From Anaerolineae bacterium (GTDB taxonomy: Bacteria; Chloroflexota; Anaerolineae; B4-G1; SLSP01): DNA of 64,000 nucleotides. The notes under the pieces were generated by a model, which did not search any database, was not told the origin of the DNA, and was given only the letters and a program-made list of their open reading frames with translations. The stretch lies in assembly GCA_034676805.1 (NCBI GenBank), contig JAXDDO010000024.1, positions 43,323 to 107,322 on the forward strand, read 5' to 3'. Both the position numbers and the translations under genes were made by a program. Position 1 is the first letter of the stretch, and each line of letters opens with the position of its first letter. This document shows, piece after piece, positions 23,684-34,675 of this stretch.

Positions 23684-24106
23684 TTACTTGGCCTTAGCCT
23701 TGGTCCCGTACTTCGACCGCTGCTGCTGTCGACCTTCAACGCCAGCGCAGTCCAACGCGCCGCGCACGATATGATAGCGCACACCGGACAGATCCTTCAC
23801 ACGACCACCGCGCACCAACACGACTGAGTGCTCCTGCAGGTTGTGCCCCTCACCTGGGATATAAGCCGTAACCTCGATGCGATTCGAGAGCCGCACGCGC
23901 GCGATCTTCCGCAGCGCCGAGTTGGGCTTTTTCGGCGTCGTTGTGCGCACGACGGTGCATACGCCACGCTTCATCGGGTTGCCTTCCTTGACTCGCGTGC
24001 GCCGACCGCCCTTCTTCGTATTCACATTGTAGGCCAACGCAGGAGACTTCTCCTTACGAGGCATTGGCTTACGTCCCTTTCGCAGGACCTGGTTAATTGT
24101 CGGCAC
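23684..24106 (-). CDS. rpsL: 30S ribosomal protein S12 (with a ~16-aa insertion near the N-terminus)
   Basis: GTG start at 24104-24106, preceded by AGGAGG. (M)PTINQ...[22 protein letters not shown]. Length is 140 aa against a typical ~124. Confidence 0.95.
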   Translation of the reverse strand: MPTINQVLRKGRKPMPRKEKSPALAYNVNTKKGGRRTRVKEGNPMKRGVCTVVRTTTPKKPNSALRKIARVRLSNRIEVTAYIPGEGHNLQEHSVVLVRGGRVKDLSGVRYHIVRGALDCAGVEGRQQQRSKYGTKAKAK

Positions 24107-24258
24107 TGTGTCCTCCTAAGTTGCCTTAGCTACCTTCGCCATTCTCTATCTTCGCATCGAAGAAGGCCATCTATGACTGCGATGGCCTCTCCGTTGTCGA
24201 TACTAACGTTCGCCTGTGGATGACAGGAGTTGTAGCTGTCACCCTTCCGCAAATGGAA

Positions 24259-24286
24259 AGTCTACCACAAAGCGGTGAAAGGTCAA
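24259..24286 (-). promoter_or_regulatory. candidate sigma70 promoter for rpsL-rpsG-fusA-tuf (TTGACC, 16-nt spacer, TAGACT)
   Basis: The minus-strand hexamers were read directly between the rpoB stop and the rpsL start. A hairpin (AAAGCGGT...ACCGCTTT) overlaps the -35 hexamer. Confidence 0.35.
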
Positions 24287-24314
24287 CCGCTTTCCAGCCG
24301 ACCGCGCTCACCTT

Positions 24315-27300
24315 CTAGCCCTGCGGCGCCAGTCCCAGCAACCCCATCCCCAACTTGGGAAGCGCCGCACGACGGTCATCACGACCGAAGTACAGCACCT
24401 CGCCCGAGTCTGTCACAGCCTCTACAGAAAGCGCCAGACTCTGAAGCTCCTTGACAAGGACCTTGAAGGAGGCCGGGATGCCAGGCTCCTCGATCGGCAA
24501 CCCCTTCACGATGGACTCGTACGCCTTGACCCGCCCCTGGACATCATCGGACTTGATGGTCAGCATCTCCTGCAGCGTGTAGGCAGCCCCGTAGGCTTCC
24601 AGCGCCCACACCTCCATCTCGCCGAATCGCTGACCGCCGAACTGCGCCTTCCCGCCCAGCGGCTGCTGTGTAACCAAGGAGTACGGCCCGGTCGAACGCG
24701 TGTGCACCTTGTCCTCGACCAGGTGCGCCAGCTTGAGCATGTAGATGATGCCCACTGTCACAGGTTGATCGAACGGCTCACCCGTCTTTCCATTGTAGAG
24801 GACCATCTTACCCAGGGTCGGCAACGGATCACTGTGTTCCTGGCTATACTTAGTCGCCTCCAGGACCACGTCCTCATCCGATAGATCGGCGACATCTTCA
24901 CCGCGGGTCTCCATCCACAAGCGCAAGCAGACGGCCTGCGCCTTCACATCCACAACCTCGTCGTGCGGCAACACGCGTCCCTCAGTGTCGAACGTCAGAA
25001 CTGTATCGGGGTCGTAGCCAGATTCGTGCAGCCACTCACGCAGCACCGCTCGCCGGGCATAGACCCGATCCTCGCGCAACCGGTCAATGTCATAGCCCTT
25101 GGGTGACAACCACGCCGCCACGTAAATCAGCCGCGCCTCGTCGTCATCCACCAGCGATTCCAGCGGATACTCCTGTGCCTTGAGCCACGTCCAGGCCCGC
25201 TCTATCACATCTTCCCAGGCCTGATCGATCAGCCACGCGCGCGCGAGTTCGGCGGCAATCTCCTGCTCGTCGGCGCCGTCGAAGACGGGGGTCACTGTCG
25301 TGAAGCCCAGCCGGTCCGCGGCCCAACCCAGATGCGTCTCCAACACCTGACCAATGTTCATTCGGCCAGGCACACCCAACGGGTTGAGGATAATGTCGAC
25401 GGCACGTCCGTTGCTCAAGAACGGCATATCCTCAATGGGCACGATCTGCGAAATCACACCCTTGTTCCCATGGCGTCCTGCCATCTTGTCGCCTTCGGTG
25501 ATCTTGCGCCGCTGCGCTACGTTGACGCGCACGACCTTCTCCACACCCGCCGGCAAGTCACGGTACTCCTCGCGATCGAAGATCTTGACGTCAACGACCT
25601 TTCCGTGTGCGCCGTGGGGCATCCGCAGGCTGGTATCCTTCACATCCCGCAGCTTCTCGCCGAAGATCGCGCGCAGCAGCTTCTCCTCGGGCGTGAGTTC
25701 CTTCTCACCCTTGGGCGTGATCTTGCCCACCAGAATGTCCAGCGGGCCGACTTCAGCCCCTACCCGGACAATCCCCTCTTCGTCAAGGTCGCGCAGCGCC
25801 TCTTCCGAGACATTCGGTATCTCACGCGTGACCTCCTCCGGCCCCAGCTTGGTATCGCGAGCCGCCAGCTCGTGCTTCTCCACGTGGACCGACGTAAAGC
25901 TGTCCTTGCGGACCAGATCCTCGCTCAACAGGATCGCGTCCTCGAAGTTGCCGCCCTCCCAGGACATAAACGCCACCAACACATTCTGCCCCAGGGCCAA
26001 TTCACCGCTGTCCGTCGAAGAGCTGTCGGCCAGGACAGCGCCCACCTCGACACGCTGCCCCTTCAACACCACAGGGCGCTGGTCAATACACGTACTCTGA
26101 TTCGAGCGCGCGTATTTCTGCAGGCGATACACTGCCGTCTCCCCGTCGTCCTGGGCAACGACGACGCTCTCACCGGTCACGCTCACGACCGTGCCCGGCT
26201 TGCGTGCGGTCACCACCAACCCCGAGTTCAGCGCGGCCGCGGACTCGATGCCCGTCGCCACGATCGGCGCCTGCGGGTCGATCAGCGGGACGGCCTGACG
26301 CTGCATGTTCGAACCCATCAAAGCGCGGTTGGCATCGTCGTGCTCCAGGAACGGAATCAGGGCCGCCGAAACGCCTACAATCTGGATGGGCGCCACATCG
26401 ATGAAATCGATGCGCTCGGGCGGAGCGAAGATGAAGCCATCGCCCTTGCGAGCAGCGACACGCGTGCCCACGAAGTGCCCGCCCTCATCGATCCTGGCAT
26501 TCGCTTGCGCAATGGTGTAAGGTTCTTCACGATCCGCAGACAGATAGATGATCTCGTCCGACACCCGTGGCACAATGCGGACCGGGTCGCGCAACGGCAG
26601 CGTGGCGATCTTCTCCGCAAGCTCTGAAGTGATCAGCGTGCCGGCCTCGGCCACCACCTCCCCATTCTCGGGGTGTTCCAGATCCTCGCGCAGGGTCTCG
26701 CCCGTGAGCTGCTCCACGGTGTTCTGCACCGCGCGGATCACACGGCGATAGGGAGTCTCGATGAACCCCAACTCGTTGACACGTCCATACGTGCTCAGAC
26801 GTCCGATGAGGCCGATGTTCGGGCCTTCCGGTGTCTCAATAGGGCAAATGCGCCCGTAGTGGCTGTGGTGGACGTCGCGGACATCAAAGCCAGCGCGCTC
26901 ACGGCGTAGACCCCCCGGGCCCAACGCAGAGAGCGTCCGCTTGTGGGTGAGGCTCGACAGCGGGTTCGTCTGCTCCATGAACTGCGAGAGCTGGCTGGAG
27001 CCGAAGAACTCCCGGATCGAAGCGACCACGGGGCGGATGTTGATCAGGCTGACGGGCGTGGGCGACTCGTCACGGATGCTCATGCGCTCTCGCACGACGC
27101 GCTCCATACGGACCAGCCCAATGCGGATTTTCGCCTGGACCAACTCACCAACGGTCTTGACGCGGCGATTGCCAAGGTGATCCATGTCGTCGGGGCCGGC
27201 GACGCCGTTGTTTATGTGAATCATCCGGCGCACCAGCGCCACAAAGTCGGGCTTCGTGATCGTGCGCACCGACATGGGGACGCTGATCTGCATGCGCTGG

Positions 27301-28214
27301 TTTAGCTTGTAGCGCCCGACTTCCTGAAGGTTGTATCGCTGGGGGTCGAAGAGCTGTGAAACCATGTACTCCTGGGCGTTCTCCAGCGTTGGGGGATCCC
27401 CAGGCCGCATGCGCCGGTAGAACTCCACCAGCGTCTCCTCGGCCAATGTGCGGCCCGCGCGCAGGTCCCAAGCCGGCTCCTGGCGGATGGTATCGGTGAT
27501 CCAGGGATGATCCGGGTCGTTATCCGCTTCGCTGAAGAGCTCGATCAGTTCCTCATCATCGCCTTTGACGAGAACATCGCTGTGCAGGGGATCGTCCACC
27601 GCGGCCAACGCCCGCAGGAAAATCGTCACGGGAATCGTCCGCTTGCGGTTGAAGCGCAATGTCAGATACCCCGACTTGCGCGTCTCGAACTCCATCCAGG
27701 CTCCGCGATCGGGGATCAGCTTCGCGCTCGCCAGACGGCGCCCCCCCTCTTCCTCCAGGCCGAAATAGACGCCCGGTGAGCGGATCAACTGGCTGACCAC
27801 CACGCGCTCGGTCCCGTTGATGATGAACGTAGCGTGCTCGGTCATCAACGGCAGATCGCCCAGGAAGATCTCCTGTTGCACGATCTCGCTGGTCTCACGG
27901 TTGACCAGAGCCACATCCACAGACAGCGGAACCGCGTACGTCAGATCGCGGTCCAGGCACTCGTGCTGATCGTGCTTTGGCTCGCCAAAGCGGTAACCCA
28001 GCTCGAAGCCGGCCTCTTCGGCCTTCTTGCCCGGCAGATACAGGCTCAGAAGTCCATTGAAGCTGTTGATGGGAGATACCTCATCGAAGAGCTCATACAG
28101 GCCATCGGTGCGCAACCACTCATAGGACTGGAGCTGTACCTCTACCAGACCCGGTAGCGGTAAAGCGCTAGCGATCCGAGCGTATGATTTAACGCCAAGG
28201 TCTGTCAATGCCAT
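24315..28214 (-). CDS. rpoB: DNA-directed RNA polymerase subunit beta
   Basis: 1299 aa with rpoB-type N- and C-termini. No rpoC follows it and no rplJ/rplL precedes it. Confidence 0.95.
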   Translation of the reverse strand: MALTDLGVKSYARIASALPLPGLVEVQLQSYEWLRTDGLYELFDEVSPINSFNGLLSLYLPGKKAEEAGFELGYRFGEPKHDQHECLDRDLTYAVPLSVDVALVNRETSEIVQQEIFLGDLPLMTEHATFIINGTERVVVSQLIRSPGVYFGLEEEGGRRLASAKLIPDRGAWMEFETRKSGYLTLRFNRKRTIPVTIFLRALAAVDDPLHSDVLVKGDDEELIELFSEADNDPDHPWITDTIRQEPAWDLRAGRTLAEETLVEFYRRMRPGDPPTLENAQEYMVSQLFDPQRYNLQEVGRYKLNQRMQISVPMSVRTITKPDFVALVRRMIHINNGVAGPDDMDHLGNRRVKTVGELVQAKIRIGLVRMERVVRERMSIRDESPTPVSLINIRPVVASIREFFGSSQLSQFMEQTNPLSSLTHKRTLSALGPGGLRRERAGFDVRDVHHSHYGRICPIETPEGPNIGLIGRLSTYGRVNELGFIETPYRRVIRAVQNTVEQLTGETLREDLEHPENGEVVAEAGTLITSELAEKIATLPLRDPVRIVPRVSDEIIYLSADREEPYTIAQANARIDEGGHFVGTRVAARKGDGFIFAPPERIDFIDVAPIQIVGVSAALIPFLEHDDANRALMGSNMQRQAVPLIDPQAPIVATGIESAAALNSGLVVTARKPGTVVSVTGESVVVAQDDGETAVYRLQKYARSNQSTCIDQRPVVLKGQRVEVGAVLADSSSTDSGELALGQNVLVAFMSWEGGNFEDAILLSEDLVRKDSFTSVHVEKHELAARDTKLGPEEVTREIPNVSEEALRDLDEEGIVRVGAEVGPLDILVGKITPKGEKELTPEEKLLRAIFGEKLRDVKDTSLRMPHGAHGKVVDVKIFDREEYRDLPAGVEKVVRVNVAQRRKITEGDKMAGRHGNKGVISQIVPIEDMPFLSNGRAVDIILNPLGVPGRMNIGQVLETHLGWAADRLGFTTVTPVFDGADEQEIAAELARAWLIDQAWEDVIERAWTWLKAQEYPLESLVDDDEARLIYVAAWLSPKGYDIDRLREDRVYARRAVLREWLHESGYDPDTVLTFDTEGRVLPHDEVVDVKAQAVCLRLWMETRGEDVADLSDEDVVLEATKYSQEHSDPLPTLGKMVLYNGKTGEPFDQPVTVGIIYMLKLAHLVEDKVHTRSTGPYSLVTQQPLGGKAQFGGQRFGEMEVWALEAYGAAYTLQEMLTIKSDDVQGRVKAYESIVKGLPIEEPGIPASFKVLVKELQSLALSVEAVTDSGEVLYFGRDDRRAALPKLGMGLLGLAPQG

Positions 28215-28408
28215 TCTTTACCCTTCCCTCCTGGGACCGTCTCTCAATCCCTGAGAGTCCCTCTGGGCTTGAGCCCAAAAACGCCAATCACAGTTATCCA
28301 CGTCGACCTGCAGCAGTCGCCCTGGGAGCGAATCCATGTTGAGGGCTTCGTGCGTGGGCGGCGTCGATTCGGGTCGATCGGCAAATCCTTATTGACATGC
28401 GACAGGTA

Positions 28409-28436
28409 ATTATACCACGATGACCCGAACCGTCAA
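28409..28436 (-). promoter_or_regulatory. strong sigma70-type promoter for rpoB (TTGACG, 16-nt spacer, TATAAT), giving a ~190-nt leader
   Basis: Minus-strand TTGACG (plus-strand 28431-28436) and TATAAT (plus-strand 28409-28414) were read directly. Confidence 0.5.
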
Positions 28437-28541
28437 CGCACTTGCAGGTTCCAGATTCTGATGCCCAAATCCTCATTGATGAACGGTAGCCACCTGGGGT
28501 CAGCCAACAGCAGTTCTGATGATACAGGGGTTATGAAGCGC

Positions 28542-29573
28542 TCACTGAGCCACGCCCCACGCGATGACACTGTACCCCGTTGGCGCGGTGACCTCGTGAG
28601 GTGTGAGCAGGATCTCGAAGGATTGCTGCTGTCCGGAGGCCAAGCTCACCTCTTCAGGTATCAGCAACTGCCGATACCCCACCACCCGACCATCCTTGTT
28701 ATAGATTGTCGCCACGATGGAGAGCCGCGTTAGCGCCACGCCGCCTTCGTTAAGCACGCTGCCACGGACGCGGTATTGTGGGCCCGAAACGGCCCCCTCG
28801 GGATTCACGACGGCGAGCGGCACAAATGCTGCCGTGATCGGGCTGACCGCTTCACCCCGCAGCAGGCTCACGCTCACGTCAGACGCGCCCGCGGGCGGGT
28901 TGCGGAAGAGCACTGAGAAAGGCGCCCGCTGCTCGGGTGCCAGGTAATCCGCGGCCGCAAGCGTCACAGCGGTCAGCAAGGGCGTACCATCGGGCGCCAG
29001 CAGGACTACCTCTACCTGCATGTTGGTCACCGGACCGCCGGTCGTATTGATGACCTCGCCCATACACCAGATGCCGCCAACGGGTGTCTCGTAAAACGCC
29101 ACGCCCGCTGTACCCAACGGCAACGGCGTGGGCGTCGGCAGGATGACATTGCCCACGGGCACCTGAAGTCCAGCCTCTCCATCAGACTCCTCCAGCTCCA
29201 TGGGTATGATCAGCGATTGCCCGATGCGCAGATAGTCCTCGGCGCTCAACCCATTGACACGCAGCAAGCCATCGACGGTCACGCCGTAATCTATGGCGAT
29301 GCCGAAGAGGGTGTCGCCTTGCTCCACAAGATGGATGACGGGGGTGGGTGTCGGCGATGGCGTAAACGTCGGCGTCGGCGGAATGGGCGTGAGATAGATC
29401 CCCGGCGCGATGGTAGGGGTAGCCAGGCCCGTCAACGCGTCCGGTGCTCCTGTCGGCGTAGGGGTGGGAGGAAGCGGGGTTACGATACCCTTGCATGCGC
29501 TCAGGCCCAGCAGCAGAAGCGCCGGGGCCCACGCACGCCGCCACAGCGTCCGAAGCTGCCCTAAGGTACTCAC
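28542..29573 (-). CDS. LysM-domain lipoprotein with Pro/Thr-rich linkers and a C-terminal duplicated domain of unknown function
   Basis: Signal peptide with a lipobox (LLLLGLSAC), PTPTPT-type linkers, a LysM domain (HLVEQGDTLFGIAIDYGVTVDGLLRVNGL) and two ~90-aa related C-terminal segments. Confidence 0.7.
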   Translation of the reverse strand: MSTLGQLRTLWRRAWAPALLLLGLSACKGIVTPLPPTPTPTGAPDALTGLATPTIAPGIYLTPIPPTPTFTPSPTPTPVIHLVEQGDTLFGIAIDYGVTVDGLLRVNGLSAEDYLRIGQSLIIPMELEESDGEAGLQVPVGNVILPTPTPLPLGTAGVAFYETPVGGIWCMGEVINTTGGPVTNMQVEVVLLAPDGTPLLTAVTLAAADYLAPEQRAPFSVLFRNPPAGASDVSVSLLRGEAVSPITAAFVPLAVVNPEGAVSGPQYRVRGSVLNEGGVALTRLSIVATIYNKDGRVVGYRQLLIPEEVSLASGQQQSFEILLTPHEVTAPTGYSVIAWGVAQ

Positions 29574-29591
29574 ATTACGGATTATACCACG

Positions 29592-30716
29592 CTAGGAGAA
29601 GCCAGGACCGGCAGCTTCGGCGAGCCGCTCCACCTCGGCCAACGTATCCCGCCGCTTCCCCCCTGCTTGGACGGCGTCTTCCCCATGAACCGGGACTTCG
29701 CTGGCCGCAGCGTTCGTCCTGGCCTCAGGGAGCCTGACAGCTTGTGGTGCCTCCCGCCTCCGGACGCGTCTCCATAGACGCGCCACCAAGAACACGCCCC
29801 ACGGCAGGCCCAAAACGCCTGCCAAGTAGGGCAGCACCGGCAGGCGCCCCGGCCCGCCAAGCCGGTCCAGGTTCAGCAGTATCACCGCCAATGACGTCCA
29901 GACCGCGAGGAAATTCGGAGCTGCATCGTTCGCGTGCAGAGCGCCCACACCGGGAACGCGCGCGCGGCTCAGGGGCCACCATAAGCTGCTGCCCATATGG
30001 CCTAGCTGATCCTCCAGGACATGGACCGTGAATCCCAGCCACGTCATGAGTCCCGACCACAGCCCCATAGATTGGCCCCACACGGCGCCACACAGCGCTC
30101 CAGCACAGACGCCAAGCGCCAGCGCCAACAACAGGCTATGTGTCCAGCGATGGTGCCAATCCAGGAACTCGATTCGCAGACCGTCGCCTTCGGGAACCAG
30201 GAGAAAGGTTGGACCCGAGAAGATATCGACGTTGTACTCGCGGCTGTAGCTATGTCTCAGAGGAATCTCAAGGTGCCGAACGGCCCACTCTGCATCCGGT
30301 AGCGTCGTGCCGGGATAGGCGAGCTGGCCTGTGTTGACCAGGGGGCCCATTCGCACAGCCACAGTACCGGCTTCCGGCTCGAGCCGCAACGTATACCGGC
30401 GCCAGAGGTCGCTGCCAAGGCGCAGCGTGTGGGCTATCACCCGGCGTGGCTGCTGCGTCTCATACGCATCACGCAGTGCCGCGGCAAGCCGTTCAACGAC
30501 CGCCTCGGCTGCACCATCAAGGGAATAGCCTGCAGGATCGATCTCAACGTCGAATCGCTGCCAGAACTGCACGAAGCGGAAGTCAAGCGTGTCGGGCAGC
30601 AGCGCAGCGATGCCTGCCAGTGCCGGAAGCAGCGCTCCCTCCCGCGCCCACGCAACCACCTCCGGAAAGAAGGTGGCGAGGGCAACCCCGCTGAGGAAGT
30701 GCGAAATGCCTTTCAT
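29592..30716 (-). CDS. polytopic membrane protein, possibly a DUF457/YdjM-like metal-dependent membrane hydrolase
   Basis: Start chosen at the ATG at 30714-30716 (MKGISHFLSGVALA), with AGGAG 11 nt upstream. His-containing TM motifs (HVLEDQLGHMGSS). The ORF extends to 30884 if earlier starts are used, so the start is uncertain. Confidence 0.45.
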   Translation of the reverse strand: MKGISHFLSGVALATFFPEVVAWAREGALLPALAGIAALLPDTLDFRFVQFWQRFDVEIDPAGYSLDGAAEAVVERLAAALRDAYETQQPRRVIAHTLRLGSDLWRRYTLRLEPEAGTVAVRMGPLVNTGQLAYPGTTLPDAEWAVRHLEIPLRHSYSREYNVDIFSGPTFLLVPEGDGLRIEFLDWHHRWTHSLLLALALGVCAGALCGAVWGQSMGLWSGLMTWLGFTVHVLEDQLGHMGSSLWWPLSRARVPGVGALHANDAAPNFLAVWTSLAVILLNLDRLGGPGRLPVLPYLAGVLGLPWGVFLVARLWRRVRRREAPQAVRLPEARTNAAASEVPVHGEDAVQAGGKRRDTLAEVERLAEAAGPGFS

Positions 30717-30932
30717 CGGCCGTGCAGCTCCTGGAGAACGTAGTACCGCCACCATTGTAGGGTGGCTTCCCTGGCGCGCAAGCTCCGATGACGTCCCCAG
30801 GAGACAAGCAGACAGACTGGCAGGGGCCACACGCCGCTCCGGGACAAGCAGATCCCGATGCCGGCACCCCCAGTCTCCTGCCACCTTGCCGAATCCCCCA
30901 ATCCGGCGATACTACCCAGTTGAGGGCCACTT

Positions 30933-33239
30933 TTGGAATCAAAACGCCACAAGCTGATCATACGTACACTCCCAATCCTGCTCCTCGCATTCGCGCTGCG
31001 GATCTGGGGCCTGGCCGACCACAACATCTGGTGGGACGAGGGGATCGGCGTCTGGCTCGCGCGGATGCCGGTGCTCGAGGCTATCGACTGGACCGCGGGC
31101 GACGTCCACCCCCCGCTCTACTATGTCGTGCTGCGGGCCTGGCGTCTGTGGGCGGGCGAGGGGGAGTTCGTCCTGCGCTATCCTTCGGTGCTCTTCAGCC
31201 TGCTCACGGTGCCCGTGATCTACCAACTTGGCCGGCGGCTTGGGGGGATACGCGCGGGCTTGCTCGCGGCGCTCTGTCTGACGGTCTCGCGCTTCGCCGT
31301 CTGGTGGGCCCAGGAAATCCGCATGTATGCCCTGGCGGCGCTATTCGCCGCAGGCTCGTTGTGGTCGACCGTCCGGCTATGGCGCGACCCGCCACGGGGC
31401 AGGGGGTGGCGGCCCTGGGTCGCTTACGTCGTGACGACGCTCGGCAGCTTCTACACGCTCTATCTCACCGTGACCGTGGGAGCCGTGACCAACCTGGGGT
31501 TCCTCATCGCCTGGTGGCACGGCGGATGCCGGCGGCGGACCGCAATTCGCTGGATCACGGCCCAACTGGCGGTCGCCGCGCTCACCCTACCATGGCTTAT
31601 CATCGCCCTGCCACGAATGCACAGTTGGTCCAGCGACGCGCCATTCACCCCGGGCTTTTTCATACAGCTCTACGCCACGATCCTCGCAGTGGGAAGCCCG
31701 CTGGACCTGCAGTCCTACAGGACCGTGACGGCGGCGGCGTTTGTTGCTCTAGGGCCAGGCCTGCTGGCGCTCGTCCGGCGTCGCTCGGGGCCACTCCGCC
31801 GGGGCGGACTGGCCATGCTCCTCGCTGGATTGCTGCTGCCCCCGCTCGTCGTGATGATGGTCTCACTGCCGGGCCTCCGCTTCTACTTCTCACGCCCGCT
31901 GGTGCCGCGCTATCTGTTGCCCTTGGCGGCCTGCTACACAACAGTGGCGGCTTGGGGCAATGCGGCCCTGTCACGCACCCGCAGGGCGCTCTCCTTGGGC
32001 ATGGCAGGGGTCACCCTGGTAGCAGCCCTAGCTGGTCTCGTGGCCTTCTATCCCGGGCGGGCCCGCCGCGACGACTATCCGACGATTGCCGAGGTTCTGA
32101 CGGCACTGCGGCAGCCGGGAGACGCCGTTGTGCTCTACGTCGATCGCGACTGGCCGATCTTCACGGCGCACTACGCCGGGGCGCGCCAGGACCTTCCCTA
32201 CGGCGCCGACTACCGGGACGATGGCTTTGTGGAGGGCCGGTTGGCGCCCATCTGGGAACAGGCCACCGCCGTGTGGCTGGTGACCACGCCCGAATCGCTC
32301 CAGGCCGATCCCGACCGCACGGTCCCTCGGTGGCTGTCGGCGCGCGCCGCTTTCACGGATACCGTCGTCACAGGCGAAGCGACGCTGACTTTCTACGCGC
32401 GAACTGAGGAGCGCGCGCAGGCCGCGTTCAGAGTGGTCCCGAGCTTCACGCCGCCGATCACAGTGGGTGCCCATCTTGGCCTCAGGGGCGTGTCGATCCC
32501 ACTGCCGCGGTACCGCACCGGGGATACCCTTCACCTGGGCTTCTACTGGTCGGGAGCCCCGCCTGAAGGCGCCAGGGTCGCCGTTGGTCCTCGTGAGGTC
32601 CGCGTGATGGTTGGGGATCTCGACACCGTTGCTGGCGCCACCACAACCCGCAGTCAAATCGACGTCCCCCTGACCCCCGACCTGCCGGGCGGACGGTACA
32701 CCGTTACCATCGACGCTGCCGGTGACCCGCCGCTCCGCGTAGGCACCTTCACGGTCCTTCGCGCCGCGGCTGGTACCTCAACGACCACGGGCGACATCCC
32801 ATACCCCATTGAGTACCGCTTCGGTGAAAGCATCACCCTAGTCGGCTATGCGCTACCCGAGACTGTTGTGGCAGCAGGCGGCGTGGTACCCCTCACCCTC
32901 TACTGGCGTGCTGACGCCCCCGTCGTCGACCGCTACAAGGTGTTCACCCACCTGGTGGGCGAGACCTTCAACGCCGGAACCGGCAACTTCCTCTGGGGAC
33001 AACAGGACAACGAGCCGGTGAGCGGGCAGGCGCCGACTACCCTGTGGGCGCCAGGGTCGGTGATTGCGGACGCCTACCTCCTGCCGGTCGACCCGGCAGC
33101 GCCGCCGGGTACGTATACCCTTGAGGTCGGGCTCTATGGTCTGGTCGACGGCGTGCGGATGGCGGTCGCTGGCCCCGGTGGACCGCTCGAAAACGACGCC
33201 GTGCTGCTGGCGACCGTGGCTGTGAGGGCTTCGCCATGA
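30933..33239 (+). CDS. GT-C glycosyltransferase family 39 (PMT/ArnT-like) membrane protein with a large C-terminal extracytoplasmic domain
   Basis: 768 aa. The N-terminal ~400 aa are polytopic with the DE motif in the first loop (IWWDEGIGVWLARMP) and HPPLYYVVL. The C-terminal ~370 aa are soluble. It uses a TTG start. Confidence 0.75.
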   Translation: MESKRHKLIIRTLPILLLAFALRIWGLADHNIWWDEGIGVWLARMPVLEAIDWTAGDVHPPLYYVVLRAWRLWAGEGEFVLRYPSVLFSLLTVPVIYQLGRRLGGIRAGLLAALCLTVSRFAVWWAQEIRMYALAALFAAGSLWSTVRLWRDPPRGRGWRPWVAYVVTTLGSFYTLYLTVTVGAVTNLGFLIAWWHGGCRRRTAIRWITAQLAVAALTLPWLIIALPRMHSWSSDAPFTPGFFIQLYATILAVGSPLDLQSYRTVTAAAFVALGPGLLALVRRRSGPLRRGGLAMLLAGLLLPPLVVMMVSLPGLRFYFSRPLVPRYLLPLAACYTTVAAWGNAALSRTRRALSLGMAGVTLVAALAGLVAFYPGRARRDDYPTIAEVLTALRQPGDAVVLYVDRDWPIFTAHYAGARQDLPYGADYRDDGFVEGRLAPIWEQATAVWLVTTPESLQADPDRTVPRWLSARAAFTDTVVTGEATLTFYARTEERAQAAFRVVPSFTPPITVGAHLGLRGVSIPLPRYRTGDTLHLGFYWSGAPPEGARVAVGPREVRVMVGDLDTVAGATTTRSQIDVPLTPDLPGGRYTVTIDAAGDPPLRVGTFTVLRAAAGTSTTTGDIPYPIEYRFGESITLVGYALPETVVAAGGVVPLTLYWRADAPVVDRYKVFTHLVGETFNAGTGNFLWGQQDNEPVSGQAPTTLWAPGSVIADAYLLPVDPAAPPGTYTLEVGLYGLVDGVRMAVAGPGGPLENDAVLLATVAVRASP

Positions 33240-33342
33240 CAGAATGGTACAATAGGCCCGACGATGGCGCATCCGCAGCGAAGATCGAGAAGGCCATGAG
33301 CGAAGAACGGCCTGGAAATCGCATACCTGAGCAACGCCGTGC

Positions 33343-33366
33343 GGCCCGCAAGGGCGGGCCTTCGTT
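33343..33366 (+). terminator. intrinsic terminator after the GT39 gene
   Basis: GGCCCGC aagg GCGGGCC followed by TTCGTT. Confidence 0.4.
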
Positions 33367-33411
33367 CACCATCGACATGACAACACATCTCGAACGAACA
33401 GGAGAACCCCG

Positions 33412-34644
33412 GTGAAAAGCAGCTGGAAGCGTAATCTGTGGGTCGTCTGGGTGGCCGAATTCCTCGCAATCATGGGATTCTCAACCACCAACCCCATCTT
33501 TCCCTACTACATCCAGTATCTGGGTGTGAGAGACGACCTGGTCGCACGCTGGAGCGGCATCGCAATCTCGGTCTCCTCCCTGACGATGGGCTTCATGGGC
33601 CCAATCTGGGGCGCGCTTGGGGATCGCAACGGGCGCAAAGTGATGGTGATGCGCGCGATGTTCGGCGGCGCTGTCATCATTGGACTCATGGGGTTTGCAC
33701 AGAACGTGGGACAGTTCGCGCTGCTGCGGTTCATCCAGGGAGCACTGACCGGAACGGTGACAGCGGCTACGGCTTTGGTCGCCAGCAACACGCCCCGCGA
33801 CCGGCTTGGCGAGACATTGGGCAAACTCCAATTGGCCATCTTCCTTGGCCAGGCATTCGGCCCCACAGCGGGCGGATTCGTCGCCGACACGTTGGGCTAT
33901 CGTCCCGCCTTCTGGATCACCTCAGCCTTTCTGATCGTCTCGGGGCTCATGATCCTCTTCCTCGTCCGAGAGGACTTCACCCCCTCCCCGGATGCGCTCA
34001 AGGGCAGCCTCTGGCAACGTATGGGGACCGATTTCTCGACAATTCTCGCGGGCTCGCTGCTGGGATACGTCCTCGTGCTGCGCTTCGCGCTGCGGGTGGG
34101 GCTGCGAATGAGCTCGCCGATCGTTCCCCTCCTCGTCCAGGACATCATGCCGGGGAGCAGCCTGCTGGGCTCGGCATCGGGGCTGCTCAGTACCATCACA
34201 GGTGTCACCAGCGCGATCGCCGCACCGGTTGTGGGACGTTGGGCCGACCGGGGCAACGGCAAGGCTCTGCTGATGGGAAGCGCCTTCATCGCCACCGCTG
34301 CGATGCTCGCGCAAGGATTGGCGTCAACGTACTGGCTGCTCATCCTTGCCCAAGCGCTGCTGGGGCTCGGGATCGGCGGGACCTTAGCCGTGATCAGCGC
34401 CTATATTGGGCGCATGGCCCCGGAGGGGCGGGCCGGCACTGCCTTCGGACTGGATGCTATGGCTGTCTCCGTGGCCGGTGCCATTGGACCGATTGTGGGC
34501 GGCTGGCTGGGCGATGTCGTGAGCTTGCGCGTCCCGTTCTTCGTCGGCGGCATCGCGATGGGACTGGCCGGCTTCGCCGTCCTGCGTCTTCCTGTGGCCA
34601 CGCACTCCCCCAAGGAGGCCCCTGCGCAAGGCCAGGCGTCGTAA
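33412..34644 (+). CDS. MFS transporter
   Basis: 410 aa with 12 predicted TM segments and an MFS signature loop (GALGDRNGRKVMV). GTG start with GGAG 7 nt upstream. Confidence 0.85.
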   Translation: MKSSWKRNLWVVWVAEFLAIMGFSTTNPIFPYYIQYLGVRDDLVARWSGIAISVSSLTMGFMGPIWGALGDRNGRKVMVMRAMFGGAVIIGLMGFAQNVGQFALLRFIQGALTGTVTAATALVASNTPRDRLGETLGKLQLAIFLGQAFGPTAGGFVADTLGYRPAFWITSAFLIVSGLMILFLVREDFTPSPDALKGSLWQRMGTDFSTILAGSLLGYVLVLRFALRVGLRMSSPIVPLLVQDIMPGSSLLGSASGLLSTITGVTSAIAAPVVGRWADRGNGKALLMGSAFIATAAMLAQGLASTYWLLILAQALLGLGIGGTLAVISAYIGRMAPEGRAGTAFGLDAMAVSVAGAIGPIVGGWLGDVVSLRVPFFVGGIAMGLAGFAVLRLPVATHSPKEAPAQGQAS

Positions 34645-34675
34645 GCAACCTAGTGTTTCATTACCCGCGCAATGC

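Noticed and set aside
30788-32407. Long alternative-frame ORF (539 aa, + strand) overlapping the GT39 gene
   Set aside because: The Arg/Pro/Gly-rich translation is typical of an off-frame reading of high-GC DNA. The in-frame GT39 reading has coherent TM topology and conserved motifs.
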